Assembly: GCA_903813345.2 (NCBI GenBank)
Contig: CAIIXF020000001.1
Location: forward strand, 37,634,001-37,698,000
DNA from: Owenia fusiformis
Taxonomy: Eukaryota
Reading direction: 5' to 3'
DNA: 64,000 nt
Shown: positions 40,757-52,700 of the stretch, piece by piece
Numbering within the stretch: position 1 is the stretch's first letter
How the letters are laid out: every line of letters begins with the position of its first letter
Made by a program: the position numbers and the translations under genes
Notes under the pieces: generated by a model
Told to the model about the DNA's origin: nothing
The model's input: the letters and a program-made list of their open reading frames with translations, nothing else
Databases searched by the model: none

Positions 40757-43700
40757 GTAAATATAAAGTAGTTATTCACCAGGAGTGATTTTATATGGAG
40801 AATATTACAAGGATGATATCAATATTAACCGAGGAATATTACCCAAATCATCCCGACAAGTGGATAACGACCTTTTACCATGGTCAAGAGCAATATCTGT
40901 ATGCTCTGACAATGGTATGAAGCTCAGTATATATATATCATAAACGAAGCATTATCTGAACTACCATATTTATGGTGGTTCCAACTTCTAACTATGACCA
41001 CAATTTTGATTTTTGTTACACATAGATTGACAAAATGTCACAGCATTGCCCTGAAATTGCAAACATTTCCTTTCAAACAATCCGATAATTTTGTTAATGC
41101 AGAATTCCTCCAAAGTTGATAGTCGTGATTCTTAAACTTGACTCTTAAGGTAAAGTCCCAACAAATTAAAGAATATTATGCATTGTCTATATCACCTCAA
41201 AAATGTCGCAAGCATGCACATACATGACATTATGATTGTAGAATGTGACCATAGTCCCTGTGGCGTTCATGGTACATGTGAAGTTAAGCAAGGAAATGGA
41301 AGAAATTTTCCTGTCTGCAATTGTGAAAAAGGCTACCAAGGTCATACATGTGAAGGTAAGTTGATTTGTATATGCTTCTTGATCAGTTGCTTTCCCTTTT
41401 CCGTAATGCAACTACATTTTACTATTTCGCCTAATTAACCTTACCTTTCGCCGAGAGGGTTATTTTTCAAGGGAACAATGACTTAAGTTACCCCATCTAT
41501 ATTTGTCTATCAGTTAGTACTGCTGCATTGAACTATCTCTAACAAGTTAAAATGCAGATTTTGTCATCTAACTTAATATTCTAACGTCATTGCAAAAATA
41601 TTCTGATTTAAAGAATGTTTGAATTGAAAAATGTAAATATACCACAGCAATGCCATAAGGACAAATCCATGATAGAAGGACTATAGAAGGAACACACTGG
41701 TTTGAATCCGTAATAGCTATCATGGATCCCAATTCCTAATAAACAACGCAACTTTATTCCATTATACATTTATTCATAATAGTACTACCTACAGATTAAT
41801 ACCCCTGATTTCGAGTCTAGAAAAGATAGATAAACAAGCCCTGCTTCAATGAAGTGGAATTTTTACACAATGTAAAACATCATCCCCTCATTTTACTCAT
41901 GGATGCTGGACAAATTATCTAAAAATCAAAAGTATATCGTGAAATAAATACACATCGATCACAATAGGATGAACAAGAATACATTCAATAGAATAAAATG
42001 GAAAGTGAAACCTTTGACCTCTATGATAATCTCCATGTGTCCATTGAAACACCTGGCCACATTAATAGGTTGTAAATATCTTCATCGCAAAATAAGAGAT
42101 GTAATTGATTAAAATCATGGTAAATATGAGAACTATGAATACATTTCTAAAAAAGATTCAATAGCCTTATTAGTTTATATTTTCAGATTCAAATCTTGCA
42201 GAAGCATCGCGTATAAGCGGCGTTTCATTTCTAATCTTTGTCTCTGTCATTTTCCAAGGGATGCTATATTTTTGGTACAAATCGCAAAAACGCTTAAATG
42301 CATGGACAATAGAAATAAACTAGACTTTTGAAGATTGCAAGCAATCTCACGGAGGCCCTCTTAGGCATTTTTGACAATTTGAAGGTCAACTAAAGGACAA
42401 ATATCAAATCTGAGGTCAGATGTGAACTCCTGAGAACTTGAAGATGATTTTCAAAAAACGATTTTGTCAATTTGAAGCGAGTTTAAATTTGACCTTGAAA
42501 TATTTCGAAATTGACCTTTTTTCAGCTTTTGAACTCTTATATCTCAAACTGGGACAAAATTCCATTAGAAAGTCAATTGCTAATATGTGTAGAACCCTTA
42601 GAGGAATGTGTATATTTCTACTTCGGATTAAAAATATCGGTTTGTAGTCTCGAACTTTGCGAAACTTAGATAGCACAGTTTGTGACCTAATTTCATGATC
42701 TTGACCTTTGACCCTGAAAAGTTTTACTTTTTTAGACCTCAGTAGGTCTTTTGTAACTAGATAACGGCAACTCCGCGGAGTAGCAAATCCCAACGAACAA
42801 AATATCAATTACCGAATTCCAATCAAATATACTCATTACTTTCGTTGAAAATGAAAAAATTAGATTTTAGAATTGCAAATTCCTGCAAAGCAGCCATTTT
42901 GAATTTTCTCAGGTACAAATCTGAAAAATAATACCATTATTGTGATCTACTCCAAAATTCCTTCAATTTGAGTATAATATAGCCATACTTTGAAGGGATC
43001 GAAAAATTATTGCGAAATCGTACATTAGACAGCCATTTTGAATTTTACGAGGCTCGAATCAGAAAAAAGATAAAAATATTTGCAATCTACTCTTAATTGC
43101 CTTTCATTTGAGTATAATAAAGCTATACTTCAGAAAGATCTAAAAATAAGCGAAAATTTCTGTTTTCCTGTCCCCCCATACATGGCCCCTGGGGGTCAGG
43201 ATGAAAAACACGGAATATATGTGAAATAGATAAATGTTGTGAATACACTACCAAAATTTCAAACAATAATATTAATTACTTTGGTTTAGAATGAAAAAAT
43301 TATAATTTTTGCGAAAAAGTCCCGTCATTTTTAAAGCGGCGGCCATCTTGAAAAATTTTTTTTTTGCCTAAAACTATTCACCAATATACATCTTTCCACT
43401 AAATATGAAGAAAATCTGTCAACTAGTATTTGAGTTATCTTCCGGACAGACGGACGGACGGACGTACCGACGAGAGGTAAATGTGGGACAATCATGATAT
43501 GGGGTCATTGTTTTGATTGTGGGTTCTTGTAAAATTGGACCCATAGACTTTGCACTATAACTGACCCCATAATATAGTTCCATCAGAAAGAAGTTCCAGC
43601 AAAATTGCAAATGGTGGGCTTTTTATAATTAAAGATTATAGATTGGATTTTAAAAATAGCCAGCATTTTGAAAAAAATCGTTGTTGCATATTTCTATGAA

Positions 43701-46700
43701 TTATTAACAAAATCCATCAAATGATTCTCAAGTTATGGCCTGAAACGAGAAAAAAATCGCGTAAATCGCTGTCATTTTTAAAATAGCAACCATTTTGAAA
43801 AATCACCCTCAAGCAGAGGTGGTATTATCATTAGATATAATCTCACAAAATATAGAAATACGAATCATCCTTCACAAATTAGTACAAGGCATTAACATGA
43901 CAAAATGTCACCACCTAAAACAATTTGGTCAATTTAAAGCAAGTTGGAAAATACCTTTTGACCTTGAGAAGGTCATTGAAGGTCATTGGAGGTCAAATCT
44001 AAAGTCAGATTTGAACTTCTGAGAACTTGTAAAGTCAAATTTGAACTTCTGAAAAGATGTAGATGATTTTGAAAAAAAAATTTGGTCAATTTGAAGCAAG
44101 TTGAAAACAGACCTTTTTTGACCTTGAGAAGGTCATTAAAGGTCAAATGTCAAATCTAAAGTCAGATTTGAATTTCTGAGAACATGTAGATGATTTTGAA
44201 AAAAAAATAAGTCAATTTGAAGCAAGTTGAAAAAGACCTTTTTGACCTTTTTTGACCTTGAGAAGGTCATTGAAGGTCAAATGTCAAATCTAAAGTCATA
44301 TTTGAATTTCTGAGAACATGTAGATGATTTTGAAAAAAAAATTTAGTCAATTTGAAGCAAGTTGAAAAAAGACCTTTTTGACCTTTTTTGACTTTGAGAA
44401 GGTCATTGAAGGTCAAATGTCAAATCTTAAGTCAAATCTAAAGTCAGATTTGAATTTCTGAGAACACGTAGATGATTTTGAAAAAATTTTTTAGTCAATT
44501 TGAAGCAAGTTGAAAACAGACCTTTTTGACCTTTTTTGACCTTGAGAAGGTCAAATGTCAAATCTGAAGTCAGATTTGAATTTCTGAGAACACGTAGATT
44601 ATTTTGAAAAAAAAATTTAGTCAATTTGAAGCAATTTGAAAACAGACCTTTTTGACCTTTTTTGACCTTGAGAAGGTCATTGAAGGTCAAATGTCAAATC
44701 TTAAGTCAGATTTGAAGGTGAAATGTCAAATCTAAAGTCAGATTTGAATTTCTGAGAACATGTAGATGATTTTGAAAAAAAAATTAGTCAATGTGAAGCA
44801 AGTTGAAAAAAGACCTTTTTGACCTTGAGAAGGTCATTGAAGGTCAAATCTAAAGTCAGATTTGAACTTCTGAGAACATGTAGATGATTTAGAAAAAAAT
44901 TGAAGTCAGTCTAAACAGTATTTGTTAAGTTATAGGAAGTTGTAAGAAATTGTTACAGACGCCGGATGCCAACCTCCAACCACCAACCGCCGTCGCAAAA
45001 AAATGTAGACCATAACAATATGTCACCACTTTTGGTGGTGACATAAAAATGCAAATCANNNNNNNNNNNNNNNNNNNNNNNTCGTACGTGCGGACTGACT
45101 GACTGACGGACTGACGGACTGACGGACAGACGGACGGAGGGCTTCACTATATCCCTTACGAACTTCGTTCGTTGGGATAATTAGGCTGACCTAAATTTGA
45201 ATCCAAAGACTCAATTTGAAAAATGACCTTTTTTTACCTTTCGAAGGTCATTGAAGGTCAACTGAAGGTCAAATGTTAAATCTGAGGTCAGATTTGGACT
45301 CCTAGGAACTTGTAGATGATTTTTAAAAAAAAAATTGGTCAGATTGAAGCAAGTTGAAAAATGACCTTTTTTGACCATTTTTGACGTCAAATATCTCAAA
45401 AATGGTAAAAATTTAATGCTGACATATTGTAAACAATTTGTAGAGAATACTAAAAAGTAGTTTCAGTTTAATTCATCGCAAGAAATAATGAAGTATAAGG
45501 ACAAAGTTGAGAAACTTGAAAAAAATTTAGATTTGACCTAGATTTTGACCTTTGACCTAATTTGATAAACGTGACCCTTGACCTTGAAAATCTTACTGCT
45601 TTAGAGCTCAGTAGGTCTTTTATGATTAGGCTAACCCTAAATTTGAATCCAAACACTTAATTTGAAAAATCAACTTTTCTGACCTTTCGAAGGTCACTGA
45701 AGGTCAACTAAAGGTAAAATGTCAAATCTGAGGTTAAATATGAACTCCTGAGAAGTTGTAGATGATTTTAAAAAAAAAGTTGGGTGAATTTGAAGCAAGT
45801 TAAAATTTGACCTTATAAACTTTGAAAAATTGACCTTTTTCAGTTTTTGAGCTCTTATATCTCAAAACTGGGACAAGATTTTAATATATAGTCAATGGCT
45901 AATATGTGTAGAACCCTTAGAGGAATGTAAATCTTGACTTTCAATTAAAAATATTAATTTGTAGTCTTGAACTATGAGATACTTAGATAGCACAGTTTGT
46001 GACCTAATTTGATGACCTTGACCTTTGACCTTGAAATGTTTACTTTTTTAGACCTCAGTAGGCTTTTTGTAATTAGACTGAACTAAATTTGAATCCAAAG
46101 ACTCAATTTGAAAAATCAACTTTTGTGACCTTTCGAAGGTCACTGAAGGTCAACTAAAGGTCAAAGGTCAAATCTGAAGTCAGATTTGGACTCCTGGGAA
46201 CTTGTAGATGATTTTAAAAAAAAAATTTGGTCAGATTAAAGCAAGTTGAAAAATGACCTCTTTTGACCGTTTTTTGACGTCAAATATCTCAAAAACGGTA
46301 AAAATTTAATGCTGACATATAGTGAACAATTTGTAGAGAATACTTAAATGTAGTTTCAGTTTAATTCATCGCAAGAAATAATGAAGTATAATGACAAACT
46401 TGAGAAACTTGAAAAAAAACTTAGATTTGACCTAGATTTTGACCTTTGACCTTGACCTAGATATGAAATATTTTCCCATCAAGATCAAACCAGGTATCTA
46501 GTAGGAGCATATAGTAGAAAGTTGAAAGCTAGTTGAAAGTAGGAGAAAACTGCTTTGATAGAATAATAATAAGAAGAAGAATAACTAGACTTTTGAAGAT
46601 TGCAAGCAATCTCACGGAGGCCCTCTTAGGCATTTTTGACAATTTGAAGGTCAACTAAAGGACAAATATCAAATCTGAGGTCAGATGTGAACTCTTGAGA

Positions 46701-49700
46701 GCTTGTAGATGATTTTCAAAAAAAGATTTTGTCAATTTGAAGCGAGTTTAAATTTGACCTTGAAAAATTTCGAAATTGACCTTTTTTCAAATTTTTGAAC
46801 TCTTATATCTCAAACTGGGACTAAATTCTATTAGATAGTCAATTGCTTATATGTGTAGAACCCTTAGAGGGATGTGTATATTTCGACTTCGGGTTAAAAA
46901 TATTGGTTTGTAGTCTCGATTTTTGCGAAACTTAAAAAGCACAGTTTGTGACCTAATTTCATGATCTTGACCTTTGACCTTGAAAAGTTTTACCCTTTTA
47001 GACCTCAGTAGGTCTTTTTTAATCAGGCTGACCTAAATTTGAATCCAAAGACTCAATTTGAAAAATCAACTTTTCTTACCTTTCGAAGGTCATTGAAGGT
47101 CAACTAAAGGTCAAAGGTCAAATATGATATAGGATTCGGACTCCCAGGAATTTGTAGATGATTTTTAAAAAAAATTTGGTCAGATTGAAGCAAGTTGAAA
47201 AATTACCTTTTTTGACCGTTTTTCGACGTCAAATATCTCAAAAACGGTAAAAATTTAATGCTGACATCTAGTGAACAATTTGTAGAAAATACTAAAATGT
47301 AGTTTCAGTTTAATTCATCGCAAGAAATAATGAAGTATAAGGACAACGTTGAGAAACTTTAAAAAAATTTAGATTTGACCTAAATTTTGACCTTTGACCT
47401 AATTTGATAACCGTGACCCTTGACCTTGAAAATATTACTGTTTAAAAGCTCAGTAGGTCTTTTATGCTTAGGCTAACCCTAAATTTGAATCCAAAAACTA
47501 GATTTGAAAATTCAACTTCTCTGACCTTTCGAAGGTCACTGAAGGTCAACTAAAGGTCAAATGTCAAATCTGTGGTTAAATATGAACTCCTGAGAAGTTG
47601 TAGATGATTTTCAAAAAAAATTGGGTGAATTTGAAGCAAGTTAAAATTTGACCTTATAAACTCTGAAAAATTGACCTTTTTCAGTTTTTGAGCTCTTATA
47701 TCTGAAAATTGGGACAAAATTTTAATAAATAGTCAATTGCTAATATGTGTAGAACCCTTAGAGGAATGTATATCTTGACTTTCAATTAAAAATATTGATT
47801 TGTAGTCTTGAACTATGAGAAACTTAGATAGCACAGTTTGTGACCTAATTTGATGACCTTGACCTTTGACCTTGAAATTTTTACTTTTTTAGACCTCAGT
47901 AGGCAATTTGTAATTAGACTGACTTAAATTTGAATCCAAAGACTCAATTTGAAAAATCAACTTTTCTGACCTTTCAAAGGTCACTGAAGGTCAACTAAAG
48001 GTCAAAGGTCAAATCTGAGGTCAGATTCGGACTCCTGGGAACTTGTAGATGATTTTTAAAAAAAAATTTGGTCAGATTGAAGCAAGTTGAAAAATGACCT
48101 TTTTTGACCGTTTTTTGACGTCAAATATCCCAAAAACGGTAAAAATTTAATGCTGACATATAGTGAACAATTTGTAGAGAATACTTAAATGTAGTTTCAG
48201 TTTAATTCATCGCAAGAAATAATGAAGTATAAGGACAAACTTGAGAAACTTGAAAAAAAACTTAGATTTGACCTAGATTTTGACCTTTGACCTTGACCTA
48301 GATATGAAATATTTTCCCATCAAGATGAAACCAGGTATCTAGTAGGAGCATATAGTAGAAAGTTGAAAGCTAGTAGGAAGTAGAAGAAAAATGCTTTGAA
48401 AGAATAATAATAAGAAGAATAAATAAATAAATAAAGAAAAGCTACAAAAGCTATAGGAGGCCCTTTCAGGAGGGCCTCCTAATAATAATAAGAATAAAGA
48501 AGAATAAAGAAAAGCTACAAAAGCTATAGGAGGCCCTTTCAGTAGGGCCTCCTAATAATCATAAACTCCGACTAAGTTTGCTCAACAACAAAAAACAGGC
48601 GTAACTATTTACACAATTCCACATACGAGTATTTGGTGTTGCATAACACAAAGCCGCATTGAACTATCTCTCTCAAGTTTGAAATTCATAGTTTTTTCTA
48701 CACCATCCAGTTTGATTGTGCATGCTTAGTTATTGCTTATTTTTCTTTGAAGGTACTTTCTTGCCATACTCAGTATTATAAAAATACTTGTAAATAGAAT
48801 GTTCATAATTCGAGACATATTTCAAGACATTCAAACAGATTGTCAGAAGGAAGTTAAATCAAAGTTCAAATTCCGTGAGTAATCTGTACACTGTACAAAA
48901 ACATGAACAATATTATGCAGTTATATGTTTTTAGAATAAACTCTTTACGTTCTTCAAACAACTAATCCTATCCATTTTTCTTTCCAGAGCTCAAAGTCAT
49001 TATAAGTAAGTATGACTTATGGAAAGTAGTGTATTTAGTTCTTATGATCAAACATTTTAAGGAAACTATCACATTGATATAATTAAGATATCTGATTATT
49101 GAAACAAATAAAAACTGGTCAATAAACAAACAAAAAAAACATCACCGTGTCTACTAAATCACGAAGCCCAATAAAAGTTTTGAAAACACGTTTAATTATA
49201 TAAGTATATGCAATCGGACATGATATGTTGTTTCGTTATATAAGTTAGTAGATTATAAGGATCCTGAAGGCAGTATATGTTCCTCCTAACGCTATATTTT
49301 GCAATCTTGATTCATAAGGTTTCAGTTGTTCATACCTCTTGTCTCTAGACCCAGTGTAGAGCGACGATGACATTTTGTTGCTGAAGAAAAACTAAAATTG
49401 AATATGCAGTTTGGCCTATACTTCAAATTGAAGTATAGGACAATATCTGAAGGATATGAACATTTGATAAGACTGATGAGACAAAACTCTCTGCTTGAAC
49501 CTAAATTTCACCTGATAGGTACACCATGAATGCTTAAGGGGCCAAGTTCTTTTTGGCTCACACAGTGAGCCTATGGGATCGACCAGGCGTCCGTCCGTCC
49601 GTTGGTCCGTCCGTCAGTCCGTCAACATTGGCCGCACAAATTAAAACTGCTATTCGGATTGAGTCATATCCACATTCGTTTTATGCATATCCAGAATGCC

Positions 49701-52700
49701 TATTTGACCTATCATCGCCATTTCCCAAGTTCACCCGGTTTTGAGAAATTGCTGCTTTGACGTCAATGAAAATCAGGATAACATTCCTCTGAAGGTTCTA
49801 CACTGTGTGAGCACAGGACCGTGGGTCCTTTATTCTGTTTTGTTTTGTATATCTGATGAATGATTTATTTATAAATTATGTAACAAAGGGGAAGATCAAA
49901 AACCTTCACATGACACATTAGGACAGGATATCTTTGAGCACAACTAGATATAAAAACCAATATCCCAAACTACGATATAATACACAGAGAAATTCAACAC
50001 ACCTCCCTTGTATATATATAAACACACATGGCACGATATCGGTGCTATAAAACTATATTCGATTATATCAAAGCTGTCCATGTTTACAGAGGAATATGGA
50101 GCTTGGAGAAGTCCTATCACCAGCAAGATGGTCAACGATGCGAAAACAATAATTAATGCCTAGGTCACATAGCCGCCGGGCGCCGGCCGATGAGTAGTCA
50201 TCGGCCGATTTCTAAATCGACCGGGCGCCGGTGACTTTTCACCGATGTCTTGATCTAATCGTGAGTATGGTCACATTAGTACAGGCATCGTACGGCGCCC
50301 GCAATCAATTGAATCTGAAAGACATCGCACGGGTATCGCAAGGCTATCTGCCGATGGCCGTACGGCACCCGCAAGGACATCGGTCGATCTACAGGCCTCT
50401 AGATTTATACTTAATTCTTGTATGACCCAGTATGACCGTTCCACATGGCGTGAATGCAAGATTCGAAAACGAAATACTTCGATAGACAGGATTTCCAGGA
50501 TAATAATGTTTTCATGCAATAAAATCAGAAAAAGCAGATCCTCTTTTCGAGTAAATATGTTTAATATTTAGAAAAAATGCTGACATGGGGTACCTATTCA
50601 TAATTTTTCAAATTGTTTGATTGATATTTTGCTATCATGGGTACTCCAATTGAAAGAAAACACATTGTTTTAATAAAATACTGTATTTATGCCCAGAAAG
50701 TACTCATGGTGAAAGTTATGACCGTCTAAAATCACTTGCCATACTGCACGTGGTCTTTTCATCAAAGTGCACACTGACCTTAATTCATTTTTAGATCTTT
50801 TATATAAACAAATACTATGTCTTCCTGTCCATCCGATACTATTAGCAAAATTCCATATTTCTGCATCTTTCTTTTGTCTGTTCTCGTAAGGAGAATTTGT
50901 TTGGTCATAAAAGAAATTGGCAATTTTTTCTTCTATTTCAAGTGGAGTACCCTCTTCCCTAGACACATCTTTATCTCCATCATCCGCCAGCTCACTAGCA
51001 TTGTTATTGTCTTTTTCCACCTGTCTTCCCAAGGCCTTCCTCATATATGGCCCATTGACCCTATCCCCTCTATCCTTAGCCATTGGCATATTAACTGTAA
51101 TTATTGAGCCAGTGAACTTCGTATTAAAATTGTGACCCTTCAAAATACTGTACTCACAAAATCAGTCAGAAGATTTTTAAAATAAATGATTTGTAATGGT
51201 ATATGCATGAGTGAATATACGTATAAAAATGTATCACTCTATTCAATGTGTATGACAGACATACACGATTGATGTCAATATAAGAACGACTAGATCAACC
51301 CACCCACCTAGCCATTCAAATGTGTGTCATTGTTTTACAATAAGCCTAATCATTCCATTTATGTTTTATAAAAAATCTCTGACAGTGTGTAGTAATTATA
51401 ATTCCTTACCTCATTATTTTTAGAACCTTTATATCACTTTATAAGTAATCATTATTAAGATTTATCAAACAAATCAGCACGCAAAATCCCAAGATGACCG
51501 TGCGATGCCACCGGGCGCCGTAAGATAATCGTACGATGACCGGACGGGACACGGCCGGGTAGGTACCGATGAGTTTGGTTGAGAAAAAATCGCCAAGACA
51601 TCGGCAACTTTTATCTCCGCGATAAAACTCTGCCGGCGCCCGTACGATGTCTAAAAATCGGCCGATGAGTGGCGATCATCGCCCGGCGCCCGTACGATGC
51701 CCGGGCTCGCCGGCCGATTTTGAACAAGATACTCATCGGCCGGGCGCCGTAATGAAAATTGGAGCCTATGTGACCAAGGCATTAGGAAGTAGTTTACGAT
51801 CCTGCCATACCAGGTTATTATCATTATTATATCAAAATGGCACAATTTAGGGTTATAAAAGTAGCTGTCGCTGTAATTCTATTTCCAAAACAACAAACCA
51901 TAAATAATTAATATTTTCAAGGTTAATCACTGAGATATGAAAAATTATGATAAATCTTGTTCTTTGCATTATAACTCATGGCTCAAAAGGCGCTCAAAGA
52001 AGGCGCTTGACTTATTTCTCTCACAACGAAATAGATATAAGTATTACAAACCAATTGTAACGTTCAATCTGTATTAACTTTGTGGTTCTAACGTTGTAGG
52101 TAGAATATATTGGTCAGAACAGAGATTTAAAGAAGAAGGACGAATTGTAATATGTTCCAATGATAAAGGCGATCCAAAAGAGACATGCTATACAGATACG
52201 AAGTATAGCGCCAGATCAAGTGTTAATGGATATGGCGGGGGAGCTCTGCTCGTTTATAACTCTACAATATATTTTGTCAACAGCAGAGATCAGAAAATCT
52301 ATAGCCAAATGGTACCAGATGGTAAGGCAGAGGTGTTAGTCAACTCATCCAAAATATATCATGCTGATGGAAGTATTTCACCTGAGGTATGGCGATTGTT
52401 AAAGGCCCCATATAAAGTTTAACTCATTTCGACTGATATCGTATTCTTTACCAATTTAATCATAAAAGTGTGATATGTGAAACCATTTTGGTTTTTGAAG
52501 GACTTTTTGTTCGAAAAAATCGTTATTTTATCTAGAACTAAATGACAATTCGTTATTGGAATAACGTCTCCTTTGTTCAATCTTATATGAGGTTTGCATG
52601 TGCAATTTAAAGATATAAAGCATTGTAAAATATCTACCTTATTACAAGGATACAACTTCACATGAGTCAGTTAGGTCGGACATCTGGTATACCCCACCCC

